NCBI GenBank assembly: GCA_001771185.1
Contig: METB01000001.1
Coordinates: 5,875-69,874, forward strand
Direction of reading: 5' to 3'
Origin: a candidate division Kazan bacterium RIFCSPHIGHO2_01_FULL_44_14
GTDB taxonomy: Bacteria > Patescibacteriota > Kazan-3B-28
Length of the DNA stretch: 64,000 nucleotides
Made by a program: the position numbers and the translations under genes. Numbering within the stretch: the first letter of the stretch is position 1; each line of letters opens with the position of its first letter. Below the pieces are notes generated by a model. That model did not search any database, was not told the origin of the DNA, and was given only the letters and a program-made list of their open reading frames with translations. Of the stretch, positions 28,033 through 39,305 are shown piece by piece.

Positions 28033-28761
28033 ATGAAATATACGGTTATTACAATTTTTCCGCAGTTAATTGAAGATTATTTCCAGGAAGGGATTTTGTC
28101 TCGAGCTTTGCGGAACAAGCAGGTGGGATTGAAAACGATTAATCCGCGGAAATTTACCAAAGACCGACACCAAACGGTGGATGATATACCGTATGGCGGG
28201 GGAGCGGGACTCGTTATGAAGATTGAGCCGTTAGTAAAAGCGATTAAATCTGCAGCTAGGTCTCGTTTTCGTCATTCCGAACTTGTTTCGGAATCTAGTT
28301 CTAAAACGGAGAAGATCCTGAAACAAGTTCAGGATGACGGGAAAAAAGTAAGAATTATTTTGCTCGACCCAAGAGGCAAAAGATTTACGCAGAAAGAGGC
28401 GAAACGGTTAACGAAATATGATGAGTTGATTTTTGTGTGTGGAAGGTATGAGGGGGTGGATGAAAGAATTAAATATTACATCGACGAGAAGTTGTCGATC
28501 GGGGATTTTGTGCTAATGGGCGGGGAGTTGGGGGCGCTGACCATAATGGAATCCGTGGCGCGGTTAATCCCGGGGGTTCTGCACCATCCCGAGTCGGCAA
28601 AGTTTGAGAGTTTTTCTTTTGGGGATAATTTGGAACACCCGCAATACACTCGGCCGGAGGTATTCGAGGGGCATAAGGTGCCGAAAGTACTCTTGTCGGG
28701 ACATCATGGGAAGGTGGAGGAGTGGCGAGTAAAAAATGGTAAGAATAAGAGAGGAATCTAA
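28033..28761 (+). CDS. trmD: tRNA (guanine37-N1)-methyltransferase; carries an in-frame repeat insertion at about 28266-28340
   Basis: SPOUT-fold TrmD motifs (YGGGAGLVM, CGRYEGVDERI, GGEL). About 22 extra residues between the conserved blocks are encoded by two hairpin modules (ttccgaa-cttgt-ttcggaa and tcctgaa-acaag-ttcagga). Confidence 0.9.
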   Translation: MKYTVITIFPQLIEDYFQEGILSRALRNKQVGLKTINPRKFTKDRHQTVDDIPYGGGAGLVMKIEPLVKAIKSAARSRFRHSELVSESSSKTEKILKQVQDDGKKVRIILLDPRGKRFTQKEAKRLTKYDELIFVCGRYEGVDERIKYYIDEKLSIGDFVLMGGELGALTIMESVARLIPGVLHHPESAKFESFSFGDNLEHPQYTRPEVFEGHKVPKVLLSGHHGKVEEWRVKNGKNKRGI

Positions 28762-29009
28762 TCAATCTCACCAATCTGAACAATCTGTACCAATCTTTTG
28801 GTTAGATCCCTCGGCTTCGCTCGGGATGACAGAAAATTGGATAAATTGGTTAGATTCGCCCAGCAGGGCTAAAAGCTTGACTGGGGGCGATGATTCAGAT
28901 AGGGTGAGGGCGTTAGGTGGGCCTGTGATTTTCAGGGATATCAAACCACCAGCACCTTAACGACTAGGCAAAAATAGTTAGCCGGAAAGGTGAGTAAAAG
29001 GAGACTAAG

Positions 29010-29738
29010 ATGAGTGAAGGAAAACTCTTAGCCGCCTGTAGGAAGATAGAGAACATCTTACATGAGCTTAGGAAACAAGAGTGTGATTCAGAGGGACATG
29101 AGGGACATGGCCAAAGAGCTGCCGAGTTTCTGAAGCAAATCAGATCACTCGATGACGAGCGTGCTCTCGGCAGGTTTCTCCAGCGTGGGAAACACCTTTT
29201 AGAGTTGATGGTAAGGGAACGGATACCTTCTGTGGAGGAATTTCGGAACCTTCTTGACGACTCTTGTCCTCAAATTATTAATTGTGATGCGAAACCAATA
29301 GTCCCGAGTGGACTAAAAATATGGGAGCACACAAAGCAAGGGATGGTGGAGTGGCGTCCGGAGAGATTTCAGTTTTATCGCTCTCCTTTGCAGGAGGGTT
29401 GTTGGCAACTCGGAAAAGGTTGTTCTGGCTCGGTTCTCCTTCAAGAGCTACGGGATAAAAACAAGCAGGTGTGCAACGCCTGTTTGGCAGATTGGTTACT
29501 CGGCAATCCTCGGTTTGTGTTGGGCGATAAGTGGCGTGAAGGTCACTGTAGCCTAGTTAGGGTAATTTTCTGGGGGACAATATTCTCTGAAGTGAGCGGT
29601 AAAAAACGCTATGTCAAACATCTGAGCTTTGGTGGGCCGTTTGGGCTACACACGGGTGTAATTGAACTTGACCAAGTTCGTTTCACCGGTGGAACTAATT
29701 TCGACCAGGACTCTCCTGCATTGATTATGGTTGGTTAG
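29010..29738 (+). CDS. Orphan hypothetical protein (GC-elevated cassette 2), Cys-rich
   Basis: 242 aa with no recognisable domain, followed by a strong terminator. Confidence 0.45.
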   Translation: MSEGKLLAACRKIENILHELRKQECDSEGHEGHGQRAAEFLKQIRSLDDERALGRFLQRGKHLLELMVRERIPSVEEFRNLLDDSCPQIINCDAKPIVPSGLKIWEHTKQGMVEWRPERFQFYRSPLQEGCWQLGKGCSGSVLLQELRDKNKQVCNACLADWLLGNPRFVLGDKWREGHCSLVRVIFWGTIFSEVSGKKRYVKHLSFGGPFGLHTGVIELDQVRFTGGTNFDQDSPALIMVG

Positions 29739-29753
29739 TTAAGTGTTATCCAA

Positions 29754-29783
29754 GGGCGGGTCTTCGGACCCGCCCTTTTTTCG
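29754..29783 (+). terminator. Rho-independent terminator gggcgggtcttcggacccgccc + TTTTTT
   Basis: A 7-bp GC stem with a T6 tract. Confidence 0.75.
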
Positions 29784-29820
29784 TGCCAAAAGGGGATGGG
29801 GTACACTAGAAGAGACGGGG

Positions 29821-30068
29821 AGAGCGCTACGCTAGATCCTTCGGCTTGCTTTGCTCGCTCAGGATGACAGAAGGAGGAGATAAGAATGACGAAAATGGAT
29901 CCTGAAACCCCTCGATAAACTCGGGATACTGTAAATTCAGGATGATGAGAGAGCGCTATGCTAGATTCTTCGCTACGCTCAGAGTGACAAAAGAGGGGCG
30001 GGAATGACGAGGATGGATCCTGAAACCCCTCGATAAACTCGGGATACTGTAAATTCAGGATGACGGGG
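29821..30068. repeat. Two tandem copies of a ~129-bp composite repeat upstream of uvrB
   Basis: Copy 1 runs 29821-29949 and copy 2 runs 29950-30068. They share an identical 49-mer (ggatcctgaaacccctcgataaactcgggatactgtaaattcaggatga). A related unit lies at 56090-56160. Confidence 0.7.
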
Positions 30069-30133
30069 GAAGATGGCTCCTTTCCTCGGCAAGCTCGGAA
30101 CCTTGCTTATCCTCGGAGTATTAAATTAATAAA

Positions 30134-32125
30134 ATGGCAAATAAATTTAAGATTAAGTCAAAATTGAAACCAGCCGGCGATCAGCCGACTGCCATCAAGC
30201 AGTTGGTGGAAGGTTTGAGTAAAAAATACCGCGACCAGACCTTGTTAGGTGTGACGGGGTCGGGGAAAACCTTCACGATGGCGAATGTAATCGAGAAAAC
30301 CCAAAAGCCGACCTTGGTAATTGTTCATAACAAAACTTTGGCGGCACAGTTAGCATCAGAATTTAGAGAATATTTTCCTGACAATGCGGTACATTATTTT
30401 GTATCGTATTACGACTACTATCAGCCGGAGGCGTATATTCCGCGGACGGATACTTATATCGCCAAGGATGCATCGATCAATGATGAAATAGATAGATTGC
30501 GAAATGCGGCGACCGAGGCGCTGTTAACCCGTAAAGATGTGATTATTGTGGCGTCGGTGTCGTGCATTTATGGCTTGGGCAACCCGGAGGTCTACAAAAA
30601 AGAAAGTATCGAACTGAAAGTGGGCAAGACCTACAAGCGGGAGCGGATTTTACGGCAACTGGCGGATATTCAATATCAACGCAACGATATCAACTTTATT
30701 CGGGGGACGTTTCGGGTGCGGGGCGAGATTTTAGAAATCTTTCCGGCGTATGCGGAAATGAGTTATCGGTTTGAGTGGTTTGGTGACAAATTGGAACGGA
30801 TTCGGCAGGTGGATTATTTGACTGGAGAAATTTTGGATGAACCGAAATCGGTGATAATTTTTCCGGCCAAACATTTTATTACTCCGCAAGAACGGTTGAA
30901 AAAAGCGATCGAACAAATTCGAGATGAACTGCGAGAGCGGTTGAAAGAATTTAAGGCCACCAGTAAATTACTGGAAGCCCAACGACTGGAACAGAGGACG
31001 AATTATGATATCGAAATGCTTCAAACGATTGGATATATTTCTGGAATTGAAAATTATTCCAGGTACTTGGATGGACGAAAACCGGGCAGCCCGCCTTCAA
31101 CTTTGCTCCATTATTTTCCCGACGATTTCTTGATGTTTATCGACGAATCGCATATGACTTTGCCGCAAATTCGGGGAATGTATAATGGTGACCGAGCCAG
31201 AAAAGAAGTTTTGATCGAACATGGATTCCGGTTGCCGAGTGCGTTTGACAATCGACCACTGCAGTTTCTGGAATTTGAAAAATTAGTTAATCAAGTAATT
31301 TATACTTCGGCCACTCCGAGCCAAGAGGAACTAAGTAACAGTAAGCAAATTGTCGAACAAATTGTCCGGCCAACTGGATTAGTTGATCCAGCGGTGGAGG
31401 TGCGGCCGATCGAGGGACAAGTGGACGACTTGATGGAAGAAATTCGTAAGCGAGTGAGTGTCCATCAGCGGGTGTTGGTGACAACGCTCACTAAAAAGAT
31501 GGCCGAAGACCTAACGGCGTTTTTGCAAGAAGCCGGAATTAAGGTGCAATATTTACATTCGGACGTGGAAACGCTGGAGCGAATCGATATTTTGCGAGAT
31601 TTGCGCCTGGGTAAATATGATGTGCTGGTGGGAATCAACTTGCTTCGCGAAGGATTGGACTTACCAGAAGTTTCGTTGGTGGCGATACTGGATGCTGACA
31701 AAGAGGGATTTTTGCGGTCTGACACGGCATTAATCCAAACCTTTGGTCGAGCGGCACGGCATTTGGACGGCAGAGTGATTATGTATGCTGACCATATTAC
31801 CGGCTCAATGCAACGAGCGATTGATGAGACCGATCGGCGACGCGAGAAACAAGTTGAATATAATAAACAGCATAAAATTACGCCGACGACGATTGTGAAG
31901 GCCATTAAATCAATTCATCAATCGAAAGAAAGTCCGCCAGTTGGCGGAATTCCGGACAAGGATGAGGTGAATAAGTTCGCTCGAGCGGCTAATGCTGAAG
32001 AATTGAAATCATTGCTTCGTGAGTTAGAAGACGAGATGGATTTGGCGGCGAAGAATCTGGAATTCGAAAAAGCAACGGAACTTCGTGACCGAGTGGAGAT
32101 GCTCAAGAATGAGATACGACAATAG
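30134..32125 (+). CDS. uvrB: Excinuclease ABC subunit B
   Basis: [10 protein letters not shown] Walker A, helicase motifs, and a C-terminal UvrB/UvrC-interaction helix. A small palindrome (ccgccagttggcgg) lies in the linker at about 31925. Confidence 0.95.
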   Translation: MANKFKIKSKLKPAGDQPTAIKQLVEGLSKKYRDQTLLGVTGSGKTFTMANVIEKTQKPTLVIVHNKTLAAQLASEFREYFPDNAVHYFVSYYDYYQPEAYIPRTDTYIAKDASINDEIDRLRNAATEALLTRKDVIIVASVSCIYGLGNPEVYKKESIELKVGKTYKRERILRQLADIQYQRNDINFIRGTFRVRGEILEIFPAYAEMSYRFEWFGDKLERIRQVDYLTGEILDEPKSVIIFPAKHFITPQERLKKAIEQIRDELRERLKEFKATSKLLEAQRLEQRTNYDIEMLQTIGYISGIENYSRYLDGRKPGSPPSTLLHYFPDDFLMFIDESHMTLPQIRGMYNGDRARKEVLIEHGFRLPSAFDNRPLQFLEFEKLVNQVIYTSATPSQEELSNSKQIVEQIVRPTGLVDPAVEVRPIEGQVDDLMEEIRKRVSVHQRVLVTTLTKKMAEDLTAFLQEAGIKVQYLHSDVETLERIDILRDLRLGKYDVLVGINLLREGLDLPEVSLVAILDADKEGFLRSDTALIQTFGRAARHLDGRVIMYADHITGSMQRAIDETDRRREKQVEYNKQHKITPTTIVKAIKSIHQSKESPPVGGIPDKDEVNKFARAANAEELKSLLRELEDEMDLAAKNLEFEKATELRDRVEMLKNEIRQ

Positions 32126-32383
32126 GTATCCCCTCAGTTCTTCGGGGTAACAAAATTAAGATGACGGACGAAGATGGATTCCGGCCTGCCTGCCGGTAGG
32201 CGGGCTCAAGGCCGGAATGACATAAAGGGGTGGATTGCCACGCCGACGGCTCGCAATCACAAAAAAAGAGAACGGCTCGCAATCACATTTTCATACTTAC
32301 CCGCCTCTAAGGGCTGATACAAAACAACCAAACAGCAATTGGTGTAGATTGGTGAGATTGGATAAATTGGTTAGATTTGCGCG

Positions 32384-33421
32384 CTACTTAGCCGAGCGAC
32401 TGGTTTTCATCCCGGCCCATTCTTTCAGGATGATGTAAATCATCGAGGTGACGGGAACGGCCAAGAAGATGCCAAGAATACCCATCAATTTGGCTCCGAC
32501 TAGTAAGACAATGATAATCGTAACCGGATGCAATCCAACGGAGTACTGCATGACTTTGGGAACCAGTAATTTATTTTCCAGTTCCTGGACCAGGATGTAA
32601 AAAATAGTCACTAGCAGGGCAGTGGTGGGAGAAATGGTCAGGGCAATCAAAATGGCGGGAATAGCCGAAACAATTGGACCAATGACTGGAATAATTTCAA
32701 ACAAACCAGCCAGTAGGGCCAAGGTTAGAGCATAGGGAATGTTCAGAAAGTAGAGGCCAACATAGACCACGATGCCGATAATAATTCCCAATAGAATTTG
32801 ACCACGGAACCAAGCCCCCAGACCCAGGCCAACTTTATTGGCAACGGTGACTAATTGATTTTTTTGCCGAACGGGCAATAGTGCGACAAAGAATTTTTTG
32901 ATTCCATTTTCGTCCAGTAAGAGATAGAGGGTCAAAACGAATACCGTCAGCATTGCCACAAATCCATTAATGAATCCGCGAGTGGTGTCAAAGATGTTGG
33001 TCGCAAAACTGTTTAGGAAATTGGATAACGCTGTCAGGTTTTGCTGTGATTCATCTAACAAGTGGGTCTGGACTCCAAATTCTTTAATGTTTCTGACGAT
33101 ATTTTCCAAACTAGCAAAATAGGTTGGAAATTGTTCGGCTAATTGGCGAAGTTGGCTGATGACTGGCGGAAGAATAAAGTAAATCATGGCTCCAAACAGG
33201 GCAATGATTAGTAAGTACCAACCCAACACGGTCAGGGCTCGAGGAACGCCTTGTTTAGCCATTCGATCGATGGTTGGGGATAGGGCCGAAGCCAGAATTA
33301 GCGAGACAAACATAATGGCGATAATGTCCCGCACGATAAACACAAACCACAATGACAGTAAAACCAAAATGATTTTGAGAATGCTACCAATCGATATTTC
33401 TAATAGTCCACTAGATTTCAT
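32384..33421 (-). CDS. AI-2E family transporter (PerM/YdiK-like)
   Basis: 345 aa, 7-8 TM helices, and the family signature GLFEIIPVIGP...AVP. Confidence 0.85.
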   Translation of the reverse strand: MKSSGLLEISIGSILKIILVLLSLWFVFIVRDIIAIMFVSLILASALSPTIDRMAKQGVPRALTVLGWYLLIIALFGAMIYFILPPVISQLRQLAEQFPTYFASLENIVRNIKEFGVQTHLLDESQQNLTALSNFLNSFATNIFDTTRGFINGFVAMLTVFVLTLYLLLDENGIKKFFVALLPVRQKNQLVTVANKVGLGLGAWFRGQILLGIIIGIVVYVGLYFLNIPYALTLALLAGLFEIIPVIGPIVSAIPAILIALTISPTTALLVTIFYILVQELENKLLVPKVMQYSVGLHPVTIIIVLLVGAKLMGILGIFLAVPVTSMIYIILKEWAGMKTSRSAK

Positions 33422-33959
33422 TTGGGAAAATGCTTAAACTGCTGGTTTGATTAGTGTTGATATTTTGGAATCGGAAAGTAAGTTGGCTACTGGCTACTAA
33501 ATCGGTCTTGGTTAGTGTGATAAACAGAACCGGCTGGGTGATTACGGCTACATTTGGAGTAGTGAGGGGGGAATTGAGTCGATACTGGAGGGTGGCGACC
33601 GGACCCTGGCGGTGGGCACTAACCATTTCTAAGTGGTATCCAGCGCCGGATTGCGGAGAGGCAATGTAAGCCATCAGCACCTGTTTATCCCAGTTGACGG
33701 TCTTGGTAAACTGTGGGAAAACTTGACGAACCTCGGCGGTGGAGTGGAACAGATGAATTGTATCAGCTAGATTTGGGTCGGTGATATTGGTGCTGATTTC
33801 GATTTCTTTGTAAGTCAGACCATTTCCGGCTTGGTTGTTACGATAGTTGGTAATCCCCAACATCACAGTAGCCACTACGAATACCACAATGGCAACCCCG
33901 ATGTCAGTTAGGAGTTCACGGGACCGACCGATCTGGTTGGATTTTGCAGTTGGAGCCAT
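33411..33959 (-). CDS. Membrane-anchored hypothetical exported protein
   Basis: One N-terminal TM helix (IGVAIVVFVVATVMLGI). Start trimmed to the Met at 33959. Confidence 0.4.
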   Translation of the reverse strand: MAPTAKSNQIGRSRELLTDIGVAIVVFVVATVMLGITNYRNNQAGNGLTYKEIEISTNITDPNLADTIHLFHSTAEVRQVFPQFTKTVNWDKQVLMAYIASPQSGAGYHLEMVSAHRQGPVATLQYRLNSPLTTPNVAVITQPVLFITLTKTDLVASSQLTFRFQNINTNQTSSLSIFPNEI

Positions 33960-33991
33960 CTCTATATTATTATATGTATTATGTATAGGTA

Positions 33992-34846
33992 ATGGAAGTT
34001 GCAACTAACATCAAGCGGATAACGATTCAAGATACTGCATACCCAGTGTGGCTACGGGAAATACCGGATGCCCCGCAGGAAATATATGTGCGGGGAGAAT
34101 TAGCCGAGGCCAAAATACCGCGGATTGCCGTAGTGGGGACGCGGAAACCGACTCCATACGGAATCCAAACAACCGAAAGATTAGTAACAGCAATTTCACC
34201 GCACTGTATAACAATCAGCGGGTTGGCTTATGGAGTAGATGCATTGGCCCACAAAGTGGCTTTGAAATCAGGCGGAATTACTTGGGCGGTATTGGGAACG
34301 GGATTGGATGATGCTAGTATCTATCCGCCACAACACTTGGTACTGGCTCAACAAATCATGGCTTCGGGCGGTGCGCTGATTTCCGAATATCCGCCGGGGA
34401 CACCGCCGATGAAACATCATTTTCCGATGCGGAATCGAATTATTGCTGGTCTAAGTGAAAAAGTAGTGATTATTGAAGCTCCCGAAAGCAGCGGAGCGGT
34501 GATTACCGCCAAATTAGCTCTTGATTACAACCGGGACGTTTTGGCTGTTCCGGGGCCAATTTTCAGTCCTAATTCGGTGGGAACTAATCGATTGATTGCC
34601 GAAGGGGCCAAACCGGTTCTATCGGCCAGCGATATTATTGAAGTCACGACCACAGTTAATTCGGAAAAGTTGACGGAACGGGAAGCAATGATTTATAACG
34701 CTCTTGTGGCTGGTCCCAGACATATTAATGAAGTGGTTCAAATTACCGGTCTGGGTATGGCAATTGTGAGCAGCGAGTTGACATTACTGGAAATTCAAGG
34801 CAAAGTCCGGTGTGTTGGGAATGGTACCTTCACAGTTATCCAATAA
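33992..34846 (+). CDS. dprA: DNA processing protein DprA (Smf)
   Basis: Rossmann-like DprA core: GLAYGVDALAHKVAL...GTGLD...YPP. It sits next to topA. Confidence 0.85.
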   Translation: MEVATNIKRITIQDTAYPVWLREIPDAPQEIYVRGELAEAKIPRIAVVGTRKPTPYGIQTTERLVTAISPHCITISGLAYGVDALAHKVALKSGGITWAVLGTGLDDASIYPPQHLVLAQQIMASGGALISEYPPGTPPMKHHFPMRNRIIAGLSEKVVIIEAPESSGAVITAKLALDYNRDVLAVPGPIFSPNSVGTNRLIAEGAKPVLSASDIIEVTTTVNSEKLTEREAMIYNALVAGPRHINEVVQITGLGMAIVSSELTLLEIQGKVRCVGNGTFTVIQ

Positions 34847-34899
34847 CTGTGAAATAATCAATCACCAAATAACAATAATCAAAAGTATAAAGAAAAAGT

Positions 34900-37104
34900 A
34901 TGAGTAAAAATTTAGTGGTAGTGGAATCGCCGGCTAAGGCGCGCACCATCGAGAAAATTTTGGGGAAAGGATATACCGTAGAGGCCAGTTTTGGGCATGT
35001 CCGGGATTTACCGCAATCAAAGTTAGGGGTAGATATTGAACATGATTTTGAACCACAGTACATTACTCCGACCAAAAATCGTAAAACAATTACTAAATTA
35101 AAAGAACTGTTTGCTAAAGCCGAAACCTTATATCTAGCGACTGACGAAGACCGAGAAGGGGAAGCGATTGCTTGGCATATTCAGCAAGCCCTGAAAGCAC
35201 CGTCAACTCAAATTAAACGGGTGGCGTTTCATGAAATTACCCCTGAGGCAATCGAAGAGGCCTTTCACCATCCGCGGGACTTGAATCAGAATTTGGTGAA
35301 TGCCCAGCAAGCCCGGCGAATTCTGGATCGGTTAGTTGGGTACAAACTTAGTCCGTTACTTTGGAAAAAACTATTTCGGGGGTTGTCGGCTGGCCGAGTT
35401 CAGTCAGTGACTTTGCGGCTACTGGTAGAACGCGAGCGGGAAATCCAGGCGTTTAAGCCAGAAGAATTTTGGAAGATAGAAGTTAAATTTAAAACTTCGG
35501 CTGGAGACGAGTTCAGCGCTTGGGTGTTTGCGGAAAAAGACAAGGAGGTCGAATTAAAGACCGAGGCCGAAGCCAAGAGGTTAGAAGAGGCCGTTAACTC
35601 GGCGACTCAACATCAAATTGATTCACTCACTTCGGCCGAACGGAAACGCTATCCGGCTCCGCCGTTTACTACTTCGACTCTGCAGCAGCAAGCGAGTAAT
35701 CAGTTAGGTTTTACGGTTAAGCGAACGATGATGATTGCTCAACGGCTGTACGAAGGAGTGGATATTAACGGCAGCGGTCCAATCGGATTGATTACTTACA
35801 TGCGGACCGATTCGACCAATGTGGCCAGTTCGGCGATTACGGGGGCCAGGTTAGTGATTGGTCAAAGGTTTGGGAAAGAGTATTTGCCAGATCAGCCAAT
35901 TTTTTATAAAACTAGAATCAAGGGAGCCCAGGAAGCGCATGAAGCTATTCGCCCGACTCGTCCGGACTTAACTCCGGAAATGTTGGAAAATAAATTAACT
36001 CCAGAACAATGGAAGTTATACAAGTTGATTTGGCAGCGATTGATCGCCAGCCAAATGTTGCCAGCGATAATTAATACCCGGGAAGCGATTGTGACTTCGA
36101 ATGAAATTAAAAGCAAAGCGCTGGGGGCCACGGTGATTTTTCCGGGTTTTGCCAAAGTATTTGATAAGTGGCCGTTCCAGGAAAATCAGTTGCCAAAATT
36201 AGTCGAAAATGAATTGGTGAAATTATTGGGCGTGGATCCGACCCAACATTTTACCGAACCACCGGCGCGGTATACCGAAGCCAGTTTGGTAAAACAATTA
36301 GAGCAAATGGGAATTGGTCGGCCTAGTACTTATGCGCCAACGATTACTACGCTGTCGGTGAGAGGATATGTGAAGAAAGAAAAACGATCATTGGTCCCAC
36401 AGGACTTGGGAATTACGGTAAATGATTTTTTGGTGGAGCATTTCCCGGATATTATTGACTACAACTTTACAGCCGAGATGGAAGAGAGTTTGGATGATAT
36501 CGCGGAAGGTAAAAAAGAGTGGGTGCCAGTTATTCGTAATTTTTATGAGCCGTTTGAGGCCCAATTAAAATTGAAGGAAGCCACCGTCGAAAAACAAACT
36601 CCTGAAGATGTTAAAACCGATAAAAAATGTGCACTGTGTGGTTCGGCCTTAGTTATGAAGACCAGTCGGTTTGGTAAGTTTTTGGCGTGTTCTGGTTTTC
36701 CAAAATGTCGGTACACCGAAGCTCTGGATGGTGACGGCAAAAGTCAAACCGAGGCGACTGACAAAATTTGTTCCGATTGCGGTGCGCCGCTAGTCAAAAA
36801 GCGGGGACGGTTTGGGATGTTTTATGGCTGCAGCAATTATCCCAAATGTAAACATATCGAAAATATTGAACCAAAAGCCAGTGATATGGCGTGCCCTAAA
36901 TGTACTGACGGCAAAGTGGTGGAACGCCGAACCAAACGAGGCAAAGTATTTTGGGGTTGTAGTAATTATCCGAAATGCGATTTCGCTTCATGGGATGAAC
37001 CATTGAAGGAACCATGTCCAACTTGTCGTGGGCTAATGACTAAGCCGATAAAGAAAGGGTATCCGGTTTGCACGAAGTGTGGATATGAGGAAAAAGGGGC
37101 ATAG
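34900..37104 (+). CDS. topA: DNA topoisomerase I with multiple C-terminal zinc ribbons
   Basis: Toprim (LVVVESPAKA), catalytic Tyr region (LITYMRTDS), and 3-4 C-x2-C...C-x2-C zinc-ribbon repeats. Confidence 0.95.
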   Translation: MSKNLVVVESPAKARTIEKILGKGYTVEASFGHVRDLPQSKLGVDIEHDFEPQYITPTKNRKTITKLKELFAKAETLYLATDEDREGEAIAWHIQQALKAPSTQIKRVAFHEITPEAIEEAFHHPRDLNQNLVNAQQARRILDRLVGYKLSPLLWKKLFRGLSAGRVQSVTLRLLVEREREIQAFKPEEFWKIEVKFKTSAGDEFSAWVFAEKDKEVELKTEAEAKRLEEAVNSATQHQIDSLTSAERKRYPAPPFTTSTLQQQASNQLGFTVKRTMMIAQRLYEGVDINGSGPIGLITYMRTDSTNVASSAITGARLVIGQRFGKEYLPDQPIFYKTRIKGAQEAHEAIRPTRPDLTPEMLENKLTPEQWKLYKLIWQRLIASQMLPAIINTREAIVTSNEIKSKALGATVIFPGFAKVFDKWPFQENQLPKLVENELVKLLGVDPTQHFTEPPARYTEASLVKQLEQMGIGRPSTYAPTITTLSVRGYVKKEKRSLVPQDLGITVNDFLVEHFPDIIDYNFTAEMEESLDDIAEGKKEWVPVIRNFYEPFEAQLKLKEATVEKQTPEDVKTDKKCALCGSALVMKTSRFGKFLACSGFPKCRYTEALDGDGKSQTEATDKICSDCGAPLVKKRGRFGMFYGCSNYPKCKHIENIEPKASDMACPKCTDGKVVERRTKRGKVFWGCSNYPKCDFASWDEPLKEPCPTCRGLMTKPIKKGYPVCTKCGYEEKGA

Positions 37105-37605
37105 TTTTTTGTTGCCCCGAGGTACCGAGGGGCTACCTTGTTTTGCGAAGCCCTGCGTAGCTCGTTAGAGCGTAGAAGGGTCATCCTTAATTTTTGGTTT
37201 CCCGACGAACGGAGGGACTTCATTGTTTTTTTCAAGGGTCTACGCCACCCTTGATGGGCGGTTACTTTCCTCTTGGGGAAAGTAACCAAAGCCGTCTCCG
37301 CAGTCGCCCTCTTTATTCATCACAACTAATTCTCTTACTGCTCTCGCCAAACTTTCCCGGCAAGCCGGGATTCGAACAGTTGGCTTCGCAACGGAAATTA
37401 GTTGGATTCAGAACACTCGGGCTCCAATGCTCGATTAAGAGGGGATAGTAACTACTCGATGGGTACCAATGAGATTGATACCCTGCCTACCGGCAGGCAG
37501 GCCCGAAGAACTGCTTGCCCATCGAAGCCCTGGCGTAGTTGGGAGGGGATACCATAACTTTTCATCGCAGATCCTTCCGTAGCTTTAGGCGGAGGAGGAC
37601 TTATC

Positions 37606-37823
37606 ACTTTTAACTTTTAACTGTCCCCATATCTGCTAATCAGCTCCCAGAGCCACTTTCTGCTTGACAGGATTCTGGTTCAGGAGTATACTCAAGAGGA
37701 ATTTGGACGTTGAAAATTTGTTGGAAACAAGCGCGGCAGACCTGATGGTCGGTCGCAAAAAGATATTCTGGGCGCCTTCCCCTAGGAGGTAGTATTGTTA
37801 TTACCCCGAGGAGGGGGAAAGAA
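37606..37823 (+). promoter_or_regulatory. Duplicated promoter (TTGACA 37664-37669, N17, TATACT 37687-37692) plus conserved leader, copy B
   Basis: See 23356-23589: the same promoter and leader core (agacctgatggtcggtcgcaaaaagata) sits in front of an unrelated gene. Confidence 0.55.
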
Positions 37824-38699
37824 ATGGTTATTCAGCAGGTTTTGACATCTGTTGGTTTCTTGCTTGTCGCAAGCTGGCTCGTGGGAATGATTTTTGCCTT
37901 TATGGCACTGTATTTTGTCGGCTGTGCTACCGACTTTACAGCGATTCCAGCTGGCAAGAAGCTTAGTTTCTTCCTTCAGACAAGCCTAGGCGTCGGCTTA
38001 TTGTTAGCGGCGCTGGTTGTCTCTTTGAAATTCGCTTTGGGGATCGTTGAAACACAGGTCTTCATGACCTTTGGTTGTATTCTATTCACTTCCCTGGTTT
38101 CCCGGGCGGTGATAAAAAAGTTGAAGCAGTCGAAGGAGGAGAAAGAGACGACTTCCGAAGAAACTCCAAAAACGAAAAGGGAGATGAGAATTGTTGAGAA
38201 TCTTTTGTTCGTGCTCCCGGAGTACAACGAAAGGGCCGTGGCTCTTTCTCTTCGTGATGACTTTTGTGGGAGCACAACCACAACAATCACTCCATCGGAA
38301 GCTGACGAAGTTGGAAAGCCTGGACCTCGGCGTTTGCTGTTGGTCGAGTTTCAAGAGAATCTTAATTTTCATCAGATTCTAGAAACTCAAATGCCAAACA
38401 ATACACGTGCCGCGACCTTAAGGGAAATTATGGTCGCAGCAAAACAGTTCCGGCTTGCGGGTCGGCGGCCTCTGGTGTGTCTTATTAGACAGGGAGAGAA
38501 AGGGTACGGCGGTGGGACCGTTCGCTTCCTTTCCAGTGTAGACTCATTCGGAGGTTATACCACCGGTGATCGGGGCAAGGGGAAATTTCTTCCCGAATAC
38601 CCCGGTAACATGTGGCTCACAGGAGCAAAAGTTGCATTAATAGCGGAGGAGGGGTATGAATCGCAAGAATCATCACCCACTCCAGTCGTCACCGCTTAA
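37824..38699 (+). CDS. Orphan membrane protein (4 TM helices + ~180-aa soluble domain), GC-elevated cassette 3
   Basis: 291 aa with no recognisable domain, driven by the duplicated promoter/leader. Confidence 0.45.
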   Translation: MVIQQVLTSVGFLLVASWLVGMIFAFMALYFVGCATDFTAIPAGKKLSFFLQTSLGVGLLLAALVVSLKFALGIVETQVFMTFGCILFTSLVSRAVIKKLKQSKEEKETTSEETPKTKREMRIVENLLFVLPEYNERAVALSLRDDFCGSTTTTITPSEADEVGKPGPRRLLLVEFQENLNFHQILETQMPNNTRAATLREIMVAAKQFRLAGRRPLVCLIRQGEKGYGGGTVRFLSSVDSFGGYTTGDRGKGKFLPEYPGNMWLTGAKVALIAEEGYESQESSPTPVVTA

Positions 38700-39305
38700 G
38701 AAGCTTAGCAAAAACACGTAACTATTATTTTTCTCAAAGAGGGGAAGAAATGAGCGGTTTTATCTAGGTACGCATAAAAAACTGCGGTCTAGGGGTCGGA
38801 TCGGGATCAGCCCGGACGATTGTTAGATACGTAGCAAAATGCGACAAATGGGCGGGCAGGACTCCGCCGTAGGGTGTTTCTCCCCTGACACCAATCCGTA
38901 ATGACTGATCGCAAGGTCTAAATCGGAAAGTAGAGGATGATTTAAGTGGTTCGGGCAATTTCGGACAATCGGCGCGCGTTATGACCGCGCCACGTCAGCC
39001 CAACCACTGCACTTTTTAAAAGGCGTTCTGCTTAGCAGGACGCCTTTTCTCGTGCCCAAATGATAGGGTAAGGTAGTTCCAAGTAATTTTGAATGATGAA
39101 TTTTGAATTTTGAGTGAATGACCTAATATCTTAATTTTGGAACATTCAGTCATTGGGATTTGATTAGAAATTTGAAATTAGAAATTTAGGTAGCCCCTCA
39201 GTTCTTCGGGGCAACAAAATAATATCACTCCACTTACCCGCTAACCTGCTTTCTCTACGGGGTTGAATAAAACCCGGTTTTCAGGTACTATTGGTGCGTT
39301 AAGAT

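Noticed and set aside
28736-28960. 74-aa ORF after trmD
   Set aside because: It spans the CAATCT iteron array and the gggatgacag repeat modules. It is repeat-derived, not a gene.
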